This document shows positions 10,393 to 21,049 of a stretch of 64,000 nucleotides of DNA, piece by piece. The notes below the pieces were generated by a model that saw only the letters and a list, made by a program, of their open reading frames with translations, was not told where the DNA came from and searched no databases. This DNA comes from Candidatus Poribacteria bacterium (GTDB lineage: Bacteria > Poribacteria > WGA-4E > WGA-3G). Each line of letters begins with the position of its first letter. The stretch's first letter is position 1. The translations under genes and the position numbers were made by a program. The DNA lies in contig OZ251518.1 of NCBI GenBank assembly GCA_965242965.1, positions 2,784,001 to 2,848,000 of the forward strand, given 5' to 3'.

Positions 10393-11135
10393 CTCGTTTT
10401 TAGCCGTCCCCACGTTGTCGTGACTTTGCCGGCAGGTTTGACAGGCAGCTGGATGCCGTTTTTCATATCGCTTTGAATCTCGTCGGCAGAAAGCGCGATG
10501 CCCAGAATCTGAAGTTCATCAATAAAGCCATCAATACCGTTCCCGATGCGAAGCGGCGCGTCGTTGGTTTCAGGGTTCTTCGTAAAATCGCCTGAGCCCT
10601 CTTCCTTGCCATTAATATAGAGTTTCAACGCAGTTTTATCATAAGTTAGTGCAACGTGATGCCACTTTTCGTCAACGACATCGGTCGCGCTCTCCAATTC
10701 AACAGCATCCGTATTTCCGCCGCTGGCAAAAATACCGTAAACCTTGCCTCCCCACATTTTGACGGTGTAGTTGCGGGTAGCCCTGTCATTGCCGACTTGT
10801 TTGTAGGCGATGTTCTGTTCGCCGCCGCCCGTATCGCTGAGGAACTTAACCCACGCAGCGACGGTGAAGGTTTCTAGGTTCAATTTATCGGTATGTGCGA
10901 CCTCCAGATAGGTGCCGGGCTTGAAACCGACTGCCTTTCCGATTTTGCCTTCATCCCATTCCAGTTTCCCACCGACGACTGTCGCGGTATGTCCATGTCC
11001 GGAACTATCCGCCGCTTCATCGCCTTGTCCCTCATCAAAGAACCAAATGCCGACGGCATCGGGGTGCTGCGCGTGCCCCAACGCGCATATCGCGAAGAGG
11101 GACAACATCATTATTAAACATAAATTAGACTTCAC
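10380..11135 (-). CDS. Secreted LamG/concanavalin A-like domain protein with C-terminal VKPAGKVTTTWGRLK motif
   Basis: Signal peptide; WFFDEGQG, FTVAAWVK, KWHHVALTYD, LYING, GFIDEL. Confidence 0.9.
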   Translation of the reverse strand: MKSNLCLIMMLSLFAICALGHAQHPDAVGIWFFDEGQGDEAADSSGHGHTATVVGGKLEWDEGKIGKAVGFKPGTYLEVAHTDKLNLETFTVAAWVKFLSDTGGGEQNIAYKQVGNDRATRNYTVKMWGGKVYGIFASGGNTDAVELESATDVVDEKWHHVALTYDKTALKLYINGKEEGSGDFTKNPETNDAPLRIGNGIDGFIDELQILGIALSADEIQSDMKNGIQLPVKPAGKVTTTWGRLKTRWMP

Positions 11136-11224
11136 AAAAACCTCCTATAGCCATTCACGAATCCTGAAACTTCAGAAAACAATTAGGGCATTTTTCCCGC
11201 GTGTGATGACACGAGAACCGCTTT

Positions 11225-11400
11225 GGAAACGTTGGACGGGGGCCTGTCCCTGCGAGGTAGGAGAGACCTCCCGGTCGCGATGCGTTTGTTGGTGTTTTTA
11301 TCGGGACAAGGATGTCCCGCCTACCGGAGGAGGCGAGACATCCCGCGTCTCGATTCCCCACTTCGTCAGGCACGCGAGGGACAGGCCCTCGCGCTACGGG
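11225..11400. repeat. REP-like palindrome cluster
   Basis: GTAGGAGAGACCTCCCGGTC, GGGACAAGGATGTCCCGCCTAC, GCGAGGGACAGGCCCTCGCGCTAC. Confidence 0.75.
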
Positions 11401-11424
11401 CCAGGCGGACCGGTGCGGGCCGGT

Positions 11425-12279
11425 TTAGGAATACCCGCCGAAACCCAACAGCATCCGTTCCTCCAGGTCTGCCTCTTTGAGGAAGGCATGCGTTAAACCA
11501 TCTGCCGGCTGTTCGCCACCGTGCGGCGATTTACGCAGCCACGTCGGCGTATAACTCAAAATTAACATTCGACGCTTGGCTTTCAACGTCGGCATCCCAC
11601 GATGCCACAGGTTACCGTGAATCAAAACCGCGCCGCCTGCCTTGACTGAGACCTCCACCTCACCTTCGATCGGTTCGTAGGTATCGGGCACGACTCTATC
11701 AAGCCAATTGTGCGAACCGGGGACGACTGCCACCGTACCGGTGTCTGCGTTCAGTTCATCGAGGTAGATAAGGCAGTCAATGCAGTGCGGCTGCGAGAAC
11801 CACGGGGGCAGCGGATTAGAAATCACCCGCAGGTGTTGATGCCACGGAGTCTGCTGCTGCCTATCCTCGCCGGGGTAAGTGATACGTGCGCTCAGCCCGC
11901 GTAAGCGCACCAGCGGTCCCATCATCGCCCGCGCAATGGACAACGTCGGCTGGAATTTCAACAATTCTAGAAACGCCGGATCTTTGTCCATTAAGTGGCG
12001 CGGAATGAACCCCCATCCCCGTTTGCTAGAGATGGCGTTATCCCGTTTCTCCCATTCGCGCGTCTCCAAACGTTCCAGCGCGTCGCGCAATTTTTGGAGT
12101 GCCTCGCCTTGGAAGAGCCTCTCGCGAATCAGATACCCCTTCTCGGCGAACGCCTGCAACTCTTCTGCCGTGGCATGCACCTCTATGTCCCAGTGCCGCC
12201 CCGTTTCGCCGCTCGGATTGTGAGAGTTCAGGACTTCATAATGAATTGTATGTGGATGCATCTTTTTCTCTATAGACAT
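11425..12279 (-). CDS. Phytanoyl-CoA dioxygenase (PhyH) family Fe(II)/2OG oxygenase with atypical HxH motif
   Basis: FAEKGYLI, WHQH, LIYLDEL...VVPGSH, GNLWHRG, RRMLILSY. Confidence 0.85.
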   Translation of the reverse strand: MSIEKKMHPHTIHYEVLNSHNPSGETGRHWDIEVHATAEELQAFAEKGYLIRERLFQGEALQKLRDALERLETREWEKRDNAISSKRGWGFIPRHLMDKDPAFLELLKFQPTLSIARAMMGPLVRLRGLSARITYPGEDRQQQTPWHQHLRVISNPLPPWFSQPHCIDCLIYLDELNADTGTVAVVPGSHNWLDRVVPDTYEPIEGEVEVSVKAGGAVLIHGNLWHRGMPTLKAKRRMLILSYTPTWLRKSPHGGEQPADGLTHAFLKEADLEERMLLGFGGYS

Positions 12280-12317
12280 TAAGATCGCGAACGACCTTTA
12301 CGTATTGTCCTATAGCG

Positions 12318-12825
12318 TCTGTAGGTCAAGATCGCCCGATTTTGACCCGTTCGGGAGCGGGCGCTCCCTAACTACAGAGTTAGGAAACACCGTCCGGTTA
12401 CCGTAGCGCGGGGGACAGGCCCCGCGAGTTTTCGGTAGACCGAGGCATGGCGAGGGACAGGCCCTCGCCATACGATGAAAGGGGCCGTTCTACTGTGAAG
12501 AAACCGTCCGGTTACAGTTATGAAACACCGTCCCGATACCGTAGCGCGGGGGCCTGTCCCCCGCGAGTTTTCGGTAGACCGAGGCATGGCGAGGGACAGG
12601 CCCTCGCCATACGATGAAAGGGGCCGTTCTACTGTGAAGAAACCGTCCGGTTACCGTAGCGCGGGGGCCTGTCCCCCGCGAGCGTCCCGTAGGAGAGACC
12701 TCCCGGTCTCGATTCCCCGCGAACGTCCGATGACGCGCCGTAGGAGAGGCAGACCGCCTCACCTCTGTAGGTCAAGATCGCCCGATCTTGACTTGTTTGC
12801 GATCAGGCGATCGCAAACTCCAGAA
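12318..12825. repeat. REP-like palindrome cluster with an internal ~135-bp direct duplication
   Basis: 12385-12516 is repeated at about 12523-12655; GTAGGTCAAGATCGCCCGAT hairpin units at both ends. Confidence 0.85.
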
Positions 12826-12877
12826 GCGGATAACCACGGTCTTGGGATTTCTAACTCCGCCTATCCTCCGTTCAGCA

Positions 12878-13663
12878 TCACGGCAAATAGTCACCCGGTA
12901 TCCGCGACATCGGATAATTTGCATCGGCATCCCGATTCGCGACCGGCTCAGGAATCTCATCATTCCAATAGTCCGGGACGGTATTCGGGCGGCTGTGCCA
13001 TGCGAGGATCAAGGTTCGGCGCACATCGGTATAGTTTTTGTAAGCGGAGTGCAAGATCCGCGCGTCCGCCAGCACGAGAGAACCCGCCTTCACACAGACA
13101 TCGACCTGATCTGGATGATCACTGAACATCACGGGGTGGTTTTCTTCAATAAACCGTGCCCCCTGTTCATGCGCCGGCACCAAGATGTCGTGTAGCGCGA
13201 TGCGCTTGCGATGCGTGCCAGGAATTACCTTAAGACAGCCGTTCTCCGGTGTCGTATCGGTAAGATAGTAGTTCAAAAAGATGGTCTGCGGCCAGGGGGC
13301 GCAACTGAGCGGGTCATTCCAACGCATCCAGTCTTGGTGCCAGTAGAGTGCCGGTGCGCCCGGGTCTTTCGTCAAGATGATAATCCCGCCTGCGGTTGTG
13401 AAATCCCCGAACCCGATTTGTTCCAGTGCATTGCGCGCTGGTTGCCATTCCAGCAATTTCTGGATGTGCGGATTATCCTCGCCGCGGACATTCACGTGCT
13501 GTCCCTGATAAATTACATCATCGGGTTGCACGTGTCCTGCGATGAGGCGTTCGGATTCGTCGCGGAGTTCCTGCAAGAATTCCTCGCTTAAAATATCGTC
13601 AATAACGCAATAGCCGTCGTGAAGCATTTGCTCCCGTTTCGCTAAGGCGATTTCAGGTGTCAT
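12878..13663 (-). CDS. PhyH family dioxygenase
   Basis: HDGYCVI, WHQD, NGCLKVIPGTH, ILHSA, RRTLILAW. Confidence 0.9.
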   Translation of the reverse strand: MTPEIALAKREQMLHDGYCVIDDILSEEFLQELRDESERLIAGHVQPDDVIYQGQHVNVRGEDNPHIQKLLEWQPARNALEQIGFGDFTTAGGIIILTKDPGAPALYWHQDWMRWNDPLSCAPWPQTIFLNYYLTDTTPENGCLKVIPGTHRKRIALHDILVPAHEQGARFIEENHPVMFSDHPDQVDVCVKAGSLVLADARILHSAYKNYTDVRRTLILAWHSRPNTVPDYWNDEIPEPVANRDADANYPMSRIPGDYLP

Positions 13664-13825
13664 TCGGCTTGCTCCTTTTCTATAACCTTTCAGGTCCTCG
13701 TGCAGTAGGACAGACCTCCCGGTCTCGATGCATGCGGTATCAAGACCTAAATATCCCTCCTACCGATAAATTTGTTTTATTTTATCATGATTAGCATAAG
13801 AAAGCAAGCGTTTTTTTAATTGTCT

Positions 13826-14337
13826 GGAGCAGGATTAGGAGCAGGATTTACAAGATTTACAAGATTAGGGGTCCGGGTCTCCAACCGATTTTTGTGCAAT
13901 GGGAAACGTCCCTCCCAACGTAGGGCGAGGGCCTGTCCCTCGCCATGCTGCGAGCGTCACAAAAAACGTCCGCGGCCCCTGGGCATCGGACGTTTTTCGT
14001 ATACGGAAGTAGGAAACCGTCCCCGTTAACCGTAGGGCAAGGGCCTGTCCCTCGCCATGCTGCGAGCGTCACAAAAAACGTCCGCGACCTCTGGGCCTCG
14101 GGCGTTTTTCGTGCAGGTCGGACGATCGCGGGGGACAGGCCCCCGCGCTACGGTGAAGGAAGGTTTTCGGCACGACACAGAATACCGCACCCTCGCGGGG
14201 GACAGGCCCCCGCGCTACGGTAACAGGCGGGTTTTCGGCGCAACACAGAGGCAGACACGCGCACTACAGAAAAAAATCACATCCACAAGATTATTCCTAA
14301 TCCTGAAAATCTTGAACATCTTGAAAATCCTGCTCCT
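13826..14337. repeat. REP-like cluster flanked by inverted arrays of 9-bp CA(A/G)GATTTN units
   Basis: GAGCAGGATTTACAAGATTTACAAGATTAGG (~13840) and a reverse-complement-like CCTAATCCTGAAAATCTTGAACATCTTGAAAATCCTGCTC (~14296-14336) enclose REP hairpins. Confidence 0.8.
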
Positions 14338-14340
14338 GGC

Positions 14341-14370
14341 TTGACATTTATTCCCCTTCCATGCTATACT
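14341..14370 (+). promoter_or_regulatory. Sigma70-like promoter (extended -10)
   Basis: TTGACA-18-TATACT with TGn; AGGAGG RBS before ATG 14393. Confidence 0.65.
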
Positions 14371-14392
14371 TTCCAAAAGGAGGTATTGCATC

Positions 14393-15226
14393 ATGGAAAC
14401 CACTGGAAAAACCGTTAACATCCCGATATTGGAAATTTCAGCGCAGGAGCGCGACGAAGAAAAACTGACGCAGGAAAGCCTCGCAGCGGCGGCGCGGCTC
14501 TTACGCGAAACAGGGTTGGTTGTCATTGAAAACGTTCTGCCTCACGACTGGATTGCTGAACTGAACGTCGCGATGCAAACCGTGCTTGACAACGAAGGCA
14601 AATCACAGAACGGCGAGCACCCGATGCTCAAAATGCCGTTCATGGACGCGCGCATTATCGACAACCCGTTCGCCATGCCGATTCTGAAAGCGGCGATGGG
14701 TGAGAAAATTTTCGCCTATCTGCCATACGGATGCAACACTACCATCCCCGGCTGCGGCACGCAACACATCCATCGCGATTCAGGACAACTCTTCCCCGAA
14801 CTGCCGTTCGCGCTGCCCGTTTCGACGATTGTCGTGAACATCCCGCTTGTCGATTTTACGGTGGAAAACGGCGCGACCGAGGTATGGCCCGGCACGCATC
14901 TCATCGTTGATGATACGGCAGTGCGCAACACCCCCTATCATGTCTGCACTGAGGAACGCGCGGCGACACTTCCCTCGTTTCAACTAGAGATGCCGGCTGG
15001 CTCGGTTGTGGTGCGAGATATGCGCTGCTGGCACCGCGCCATGCCGAATCGGACGCAGACTATCCGACACATGCTCGCGCTCGTCTATTTTCGCAGGTTT
15101 CACCACCTCCCTGATGCACCGAACATCTTCCACCCCCAGGTCTCGGCAGAGATGTGGGAAAACCTGTCCAAAGAAACGCAGGAGATGTATCGGTTTCAAG
15201 CGCGCGTTACGCACGGAGAAAAATGA
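14393..15226 (+). CDS. PhyH family dioxygenase
   Basis: GLVVIENVL, HIHRD, NGATEVWPGTH, DMRCWHRAMPN. Confidence 0.9.
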   Translation: METTGKTVNIPILEISAQERDEEKLTQESLAAAARLLRETGLVVIENVLPHDWIAELNVAMQTVLDNEGKSQNGEHPMLKMPFMDARIIDNPFAMPILKAAMGEKIFAYLPYGCNTTIPGCGTQHIHRDSGQLFPELPFALPVSTIVVNIPLVDFTVENGATEVWPGTHLIVDDTAVRNTPYHVCTEERAATLPSFQLEMPAGSVVVRDMRCWHRAMPNRTQTIRHMLALVYFRRFHHLPDAPNIFHPQVSAEMWENLSKETQEMYRFQARVTHGEK

Positions 15227-16113
15227 TGAAACGCACTCTGCTCATTCACCCCGATACGCCGGGACTCCAACGGGAGCACGGCTTCTCGAATATTAACGGT
15301 CCTTCACTCGTTCGCGTGCCAGATTGGGTGGAGAACCCGTTGGGTAAATACTATCTCTACTTCGCGCACCATCGTGGTGCATACATCCGCTTGGCTTATG
15401 CCGATGCAATTGAGGGCCCCTATACCGTATACAACCCCGGCGCGTTGCATCGGGACAATACCGTATTCCAAGGGCGGGACCACGTCGCGTCACCGGATGT
15501 TCACATTGACGAAGAAAATCGCCGATTCTTCATGTATTTCCACGGAACTTATGGCGGCGGACAGGCAAGCAGCTGGGCAACTTCTACCGATGGCGTGCAT
15601 TACAGTGCAGCGGAGGCACTGGAGAAAGGAAACGGTGCCTATTTTCGCGTCTTTTGGTGGCACGGGCATCCGTATGCGACGCACCACGGCTGGCTGAGCC
15701 GGGCAAAAACATCGGAATGGACAGCGGCGTTTGAGCAGCGAGATACACCGCTCTTCCCGCGCAAATCGGCGGAAGACAACACCGGTTTCCCGCGCCACAC
15801 GGCGAATCATCTGGTAGGCGATACGCTCACCGTCTATTATTCGCTCTACGGCGATAGTCCCGAACGCATCCGAAAAAGCACCGTGCAACTGACAGACGAT
15901 TGGAATAACTGGCATCCATCGCCGCCGATTGAGGTGCTAGCACCGAAGCATGATTTTGAGGGAGTCGATTTGCCGATTCAGCCATCAACAGGTGGGTTGG
16001 ACCGGGAGCGCGTGCATGAACTTCGCGACCCGGCCATTTATTGTGAAGGCGATGAAACGTGGCTGCTCTACTCGGTGGCAGGCGAACAAGGCATAGCGAT
16101 AACGCAATTGTAG
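15223..16113 (+). CDS. Glycoside hydrolase-like five-bladed beta-propeller protein
   Basis: NGPSLVRVPDW...YYLYFAHH, HVASPDV, ELRDPAIY; ATGA overlap with the upstream PhyH gene. Confidence 0.7.
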   Translation: MMKRTLLIHPDTPGLQREHGFSNINGPSLVRVPDWVENPLGKYYLYFAHHRGAYIRLAYADAIEGPYTVYNPGALHRDNTVFQGRDHVASPDVHIDEENRRFFMYFHGTYGGGQASSWATSTDGVHYSAAEALEKGNGAYFRVFWWHGHPYATHHGWLSRAKTSEWTAAFEQRDTPLFPRKSAEDNTGFPRHTANHLVGDTLTVYYSLYGDSPERIRKSTVQLTDDWNNWHPSPPIEVLAPKHDFEGVDLPIQPSTGGLDRERVHELRDPAIYCEGDETWLLYSVAGEQGIAITQL

Positions 16114-16130
16114 GCGCGCCCGGATGCCTT

Positions 16131-16316
16131 TCACGAACGTTTCTCGATGAGTCTACCGATGAAAAAGACTAAGATGCCTAGCGTTAAGAAGCCCATCTCA
16201 ACGCCCATCGCTTTCGCCTCGCTGTAACCGAAAGGATTGGCACAGCCGAGATAGAGCCCCGCGCCTAAACACGCGATGCCCATCAGTTCTAGAGTTTTGC
16301 CGATGTAGTAATACAC
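16131..16316 (-). CDS. Small two-helix membrane protein
   Basis: 61 aa with two hydrophobic segments; GGAGG RBS upstream of the GTG. Confidence 0.65.
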   Translation of the reverse strand: MYYYIGKTLELMGIACLGAGLYLGCANPFGYSEAKAMGVEMGFLTLGILVFFIGRLIEKRS

Positions 16317-16344
16317 GCGTCCTCCGCGTAAGAAAATTATTAGT

Positions 16345-16615
16345 CCGAGGGACAGGCACTCGGCTTGCCCCGGCGATCGCGGGGGACAGGCCCCCGCGCT
16401 ACGGTGAAAAAAAACGCCGCCTCACCGTAGGGCGAGGGCCTGTCCCTCGCCATGCACCGGTCTATCAAACGATCGCGGGGGACAGGCCCCCGCGCTACGG
16501 TATCGGGACATTTTCTTCACAGAACGCCCCCGCCTCACCGTAGGGCGAGGGCCTGTCCCTCGCCATGCTGCGGGCCACCGAAAACTCGCGGGGGACAGGC
16601 CCCCGCGCTACGGGC
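16345..16615. repeat. REP-like palindrome cluster
   Basis: Alternating GCGGGGGACAGGCCCCCGCGCTAC and CGTAGGGCGAGGGCCTGTCCCTCGCC units. Confidence 0.85.
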
Positions 16616-16625
16616 CAAGGGCGTT

Positions 16626-17339
16626 TTAATAAAGACTCTTGATGCGGCCCCACTGAATCAGTTTTTGTTGTGTATTCGGTTGAATCTCCGCCGTGAAAAC
16701 CAGGTCTGGGAGCATGCTGTTATCCGACGTGTAACCTTCGGGTGCCCACGCGATTTTGTTTTGCAAGCGGCCGCCATCAACGTCGTTATAGGCGATACCA
16801 AAGCCGAGCGTATTGCCCTTCTCGGCGAGCGCGTCAAGCCGGAAACTCAACTCGCACGTCTTCCCATCGTTTCCCCACGCGACGCGCGTCAGGGGCGATT
16901 TCAGGGCGTTCGTCTCCCGTCCAATCGGGATTTCATAACGGTAGAGTTCGTCCTTGTATCCCGAATGATGCGGGTCCAAGTAGAGCACGAGATGGTCTTC
17001 ACGAAGAAGCTTGGCTTCATGCGTCTCAAGGCTGTCGTCCGCTATTTCAATGGCGATGTAGAGGAATCCGCTCCGCCAAACCGCGGCGAACGTGCCGGTG
17101 AAATCATCGGATTCGGGCCACGGGTCGCCGGTTATCGCCTCTTGTGTCAGTTTACCTGGGTCCGCGTCCTCCCAAACCGGGTCATCGAGGTAACCGTCCA
17201 CGATGGGCGCGACGGGGACGAGTTCAGCGTTGTATTGGAAATTGTGAAGTTTTGCACCGGTGATATGCCCTAACGCATAAGGCATCGTTATCATCAGAAA
17301 TAGTGCTACCAGAATTGGCTGTTTTTTCGTGTGCATCAT
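16626..17339 (-). CDS. Secreted CBM9-like sugar-binding protein with C-terminal QWGRIKSLY motif
   Basis: Signal peptide; APIVDGYLDDPVW, LYIAIEIADD, LYLDP, GFGIAYNDVD. Confidence 0.8.
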   Translation of the reverse strand: MMHTKKQPILVALFLMITMPYALGHITGAKLHNFQYNAELVPVAPIVDGYLDDPVWEDADPGKLTQEAITGDPWPESDDFTGTFAAVWRSGFLYIAIEIADDSLETHEAKLLREDHLVLYLDPHHSGYKDELYRYEIPIGRETNALKSPLTRVAWGNDGKTCELSFRLDALAEKGNTLGFGIAYNDVDGGRLQNKIAWAPEGYTSDNSMLPDLVFTAEIQPNTQQKLIQWGRIKSLY

Positions 17340-17471
17340 TTCCTCCTTGCCCAAGATTTCGCTTTTTCTATATTATACCCTAAAAGCGGTTCGTTTTTCA
17401 AGATAAAAATGCAATTATGGGGAGCCGACGTGCAAAATTGCAGCGGAATTCAAAGATTTTTTGAATTTCGG

Positions 17472-17500
17472 TTGCAATTTGTCAAAAAATCTGTTATACT
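17472..17500 (+). promoter_or_regulatory. Sigma70-like promoter for the ftsH operon
   Basis: TTGCAA-17-TATACT with TGn. Confidence 0.6.
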
Positions 17501-17559
17501 TTTAAGCAGGTTTTACGAATCGCAATTTTGCGTGAGTTCAGATTTTAACAGAGAGGCAT

Positions 17560-19578
17560 TTGGTTGTGAATAAAACGAAAAAGAATATGGTGTTTTGGTG
17601 GGTGGTTCTGGCAGGCGTTGCTAGCCTCGCCATTTTCCAGCTCATCAACAGCAAAGAACAGGTTTACACGCTGGAAACCTCTACTTTTCACGAATATATT
17701 GAGGAGAGTCCCACCTACTTCCTAGGGGGGCTGCTTCTGGATGAGGAATGGGTTGAAGGCACGTTTCACCCGGAATACATCGTTCAAATCAGGGGCGATC
17801 TCGAGGCACGCGAGAGGGAGCAGCAAAAAATCGCCGAAGCGGGCACACCCGCAAAGGATCGGAAATCCGAGCCCGACGAGGAACCGAAAGACGATTCCGA
17901 CGAAAAACAGCAGGAACCCAACCTAACCGGCATCACTGACGACTGGAAGGGTGACTTCAAAGTCAGCCGCGACAAAAACGAGGACTATAGTCTCCAAGAG
18001 AAACTTGATGAAAATCAGATTCCGTATGACGTGAAGTCCGGCTCTAATTTCACTCAGTGGTTGTTCGTCTTCGGGACAACCGTGGTGCCGCTGCTCATTT
18101 TCTTAGGGCTGATGATCTTCTTGTCCCGGCAAATGCAAGGCAGTGGGAACCGCGCGCTCTCTTTCGGGAAAAGCCGCGCCCGGCTTCATTCAGACACACA
18201 GGAAAAGGTGACGTTTGAAGATGTCGCCGGGGTTGATGAGGCGAAAGAGGCCCTTGAGGAAGTTATCCAATTCCTCAAGGCACCCAAGAAGTTTGAGAGA
18301 CTGGGCGGCAGAATCCCGAAAGGCGTGCTGCTCATGGGACCGCCCGGCACCGGGAAAACCGTCCTGGCCAAAGCCGTCGCGGGCGAAGCAGATGTCCCGT
18401 TCTACAGCATCAGCGGCTCTGATTTCGTCGAAATGTTCGTCGGTGTCGGCGCATCTCGCGTGCGCGACCTTTTTGAAACCGGCAGGAAAAACGCGCCTTG
18501 CATCATTTTCATTGACGAATTAGATGCCGTCGGACGGCACAGAGGCGCGGGCATCGGCGGCGGACACGACGAACGCGAGCAGACCTTAAATCAACTCCTC
18601 GTGGAGATGCAGGGGTTTGACGCATCCGAAGGTGTCATACTCATCGCCGCAACGAACCGCCCGGATGTCCTTGACCCGGCACTGCTACGCCCAGGCCGAT
18701 TTGACCGGCAAATTGTCGTAGATCTGCCGGATGTCCGCGGTAGGGAGGCTATCCTCAAGATAAAAACACGCGAACCTTACAAAGTCTCCGATGATGTCAA
18801 TCTTGAAATTTTGGCGAAGGCCACACCGGGCTTCTCCGGGGCAGACCTCGAGAACGTCACCAATGAAGCCGCACTGCTCGCCGCTCGACACGACAAAGAA
18901 CAGATTGACATGGCATGCTTTGACGAAGCGAAGGACCGGGTGCTGATGGGGCCCGAACGCCGAAGCCTTGTCATTAGCGAGGAAGAAAGACGCATCACCG
19001 CTTATCACGAAGCGGGACACGCACTCATGTTGCACTTCGTCCCAGAAAGCGATCCGAACTACAAGTGCACTATTGTCCCACGCGGGCGCGCACTCGGCGT
19101 TACGGCGAAGTTACCGCTCGAAGAACGGCATAACATGAGCAAGAAGGGGCTCCTCGCGCACATTATCTTCGCGCTCGGCGGCCGCGTCGCTGAGGAGATA
19201 ATTTTCGGCGAGCAGACGACTGGCGCGCAAAACGATTTCGAGCAGGCAACGCGCCTCGCACGCCGGATGGTTACGCAGTGGGGAATGAGTCACCTCGGCC
19301 CGCTTACGTTCGGTAGAAGAGACGAGCAAGTCTTCCTCGGAAAAGAACTCGCAGTCCATCAGGATTACAGCGAGGAAACCGCCATCAAGATCGACCAGGC
19401 GGTATACGACATCGTGATGGAATGCTATAAAAAGGCGCGCTCCATCTTGGAAACCAATCTGGACGGGTTAAAGCTGCTCGCCGACGCGCTGTTAGAGCGT
19501 GAAACACTCGTCACCGAGGAAATCGACGAAATCCTGGGACCGCGGCCGCAGCTCCCTGACAAACCGATAGATGTATGA
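17560..19578 (+). CDS. ftsH: ATP-dependent zinc metalloprotease FtsH
   Basis: Two TM segments, [45 protein letters not shown]. Confidence 0.97.
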   Translation: MVVNKTKKNMVFWWVVLAGVASLAIFQLINSKEQVYTLETSTFHEYIEESPTYFLGGLLLDEEWVEGTFHPEYIVQIRGDLEAREREQQKIAEAGTPAKDRKSEPDEEPKDDSDEKQQEPNLTGITDDWKGDFKVSRDKNEDYSLQEKLDENQIPYDVKSGSNFTQWLFVFGTTVVPLLIFLGLMIFLSRQMQGSGNRALSFGKSRARLHSDTQEKVTFEDVAGVDEAKEALEEVIQFLKAPKKFERLGGRIPKGVLLMGPPGTGKTVLAKAVAGEADVPFYSISGSDFVEMFVGVGASRVRDLFETGRKNAPCIIFIDELDAVGRHRGAGIGGGHDEREQTLNQLLVEMQGFDASEGVILIAATNRPDVLDPALLRPGRFDRQIVVDLPDVRGREAILKIKTREPYKVSDDVNLEILAKATPGFSGADLENVTNEAALLAARHDKEQIDMACFDEAKDRVLMGPERRSLVISEEERRITAYHEAGHALMLHFVPESDPNYKCTIVPRGRALGVTAKLPLEERHNMSKKGLLAHIIFALGGRVAEEIIFGEQTTGAQNDFEQATRLARRMVTQWGMSHLGPLTFGRRDEQVFLGKELAVHQDYSEETAIKIDQAVYDIVMECYKKARSILETNLDGLKLLADALLERETLVTEEIDEILGPRPQLPDKPIDV

Positions 19579-20399
19579 ATTGCCGCGGAAAAACGCTCAC
19601 TTTTGGAGAATACACTCACGTGATGGGCATTCTGAACGTCACGCCGGATTCTTTCTCCGACGGTGGGCATTACCTTGACGCTGCCCGGGCCGTCGCGCAT
19701 GCCAAAGCGATGGTAGAGGAAGGCGCAACGCTCATCGATATCGGCGGCGAGTCCTCGCGCCCGGGGGCGATGCCGGTGCCTGCAGAGGAAGAGTTGGAAC
19801 GGGTTGTGCCGGTTATCCGCGCGCTTGCCGATGCCGTTGAGGTGCCACTCTCAGTTGATACCTACAAAGCGTGTGTCGCGCGGCACGCGCTTGAAGCAGG
19901 CGCGCACCTGGTTAATGACATCACGGCATTGCACGGTGACGCGGAGATGGCCTCTGTCATCGCCGAGATGGGTGCCGGTGTAGTCTTGATGCACATCCAG
20001 GGGACACCGCGCACCATGCAACTGGCACCGCATTACGAAGATGTCGTCGGCGATATTCGGCAATGGCTGCAGAAACGGGTTCAATTGGCAGAAGCGAGTG
20101 GCATTGCACCAGAATGCATCATTGTTGACCCGGGCATCGGATTTGGGAAGACCGCGGCGCATAATCTGGAAATCTTGAAACGGCTTGACGCATTCCGCGC
20201 CCTCGGCAAACCGATGCTCATCGGCACCTCACGGAAAGCCTTCATTGGGAATGTGTTGGCTCTTCCCGTAGAAGAGCGTGTTGAAGGCACCGTTGCGACG
20301 GTGTGCTGGGCCATCGCGCACGGCGCGGATATCGTGCGCGTTCACGATGTCAAAGCCACCGCACGCGCCGCGCGCATGACAGATGCACTCTATCGGTAA
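19575..20399 (+). CDS. folP: Dihydropteroate synthase
   Basis: [43 protein letters not shown]; follows ftsH. Confidence 0.97.
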   Translation: MNCRGKTLTFGEYTHVMGILNVTPDSFSDGGHYLDAARAVAHAKAMVEEGATLIDIGGESSRPGAMPVPAEEELERVVPVIRALADAVEVPLSVDTYKACVARHALEAGAHLVNDITALHGDAEMASVIAEMGAGVVLMHIQGTPRTMQLAPHYEDVVGDIRQWLQKRVQLAEASGIAPECIIVDPGIGFGKTAAHNLEILKRLDAFRALGKPMLIGTSRKAFIGNVLALPVEERVEGTVATVCWAIAHGADIVRVHDVKATARAARMTDALYR

Positions 20400-20446
20400 T
20401 TTATGGAAAAAGATTTTGACGAAACGAGTGAAGATGAAGAAAGCCG

Positions 20447-20839
20447 ATGCATCACCAAACAATTCACGGGACAGGGATTGACATCGTCGAGGTAGCGCGC
20501 ATCCGAGATGCCGCCCACCGATGGGGCGACACGTTTGAAAGACGAGTCTTCACCGAACATGAACTCGCGTATTGTGGGAAACCACCCTCGCGATATTGGA
20601 GACTCGCCGCCCGATTCGCCGCCAAAGAGGCGACGCTGAAAGCACTCGGCACAGGCTTAACCACCGGTATGCGCTGGCGAGATGTAGAGATTCAGGCAGA
20701 TACCGCCGGAAAACCGGAACTCGTCCTGCACGGCGAAGTTCAGCGGTATGCAGACGAACTCGGCATCGGCACCACGTTCGTCACGATGTCTCACACGCGG
20801 AAGTATGCAGTCGCACACGTGACATTTTGTTACGCATAA
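20447..20839 (+). CDS. acpS: Holo-[acyl-carrier-protein] synthase
   Basis: GIDIVEVARI, LAARFAAKEATLKALGTG, TMSH. Confidence 0.95.
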   Translation: MHHQTIHGTGIDIVEVARIRDAAHRWGDTFERRVFTEHELAYCGKPPSRYWRLAARFAAKEATLKALGTGLTTGMRWRDVEIQADTAGKPELVLHGEVQRYADELGIGTTFVTMSHTRKYAVAHVTFCYA

Positions 20840-20855
20840 GCACTATTCCTTTAAC

Positions 20856-21030
20856 TGAGGGTGTTTCATAACTCAAGAAACCGTCCGGTTACCGTAGCGC
20901 GGGGGCCCTACGTGAAGGGGCGGCGTTTTTTCACCGCAGCACGGGGCATGTCACCGCAACGTTGAGCGAGTTATGAAACACCCTCCTTTAACTAACCCGT
21001 GCAGTAGGAGAGCCTGCCTGGTCTCGATGC
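20856..21030. repeat. Short composite element with GAGGGTGTTTCATAA inverted termini, plus an adjacent REP unit
   Basis: TGAGGGTGTTTCATAACTC at 20856 and GAGTTATGAAACACCCTC at ~20968-20985. Confidence 0.8.
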
Positions 21031-21049
21031 AAAAAAAGAGGAAAACACA

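Noticed and set aside
17560-20839. ftsH-folP-acpS cluster, including the acidic periplasmic insert in FtsH
   Set aside because: A familiar housekeeping arrangement; the FtsH N-terminal region is normally variable
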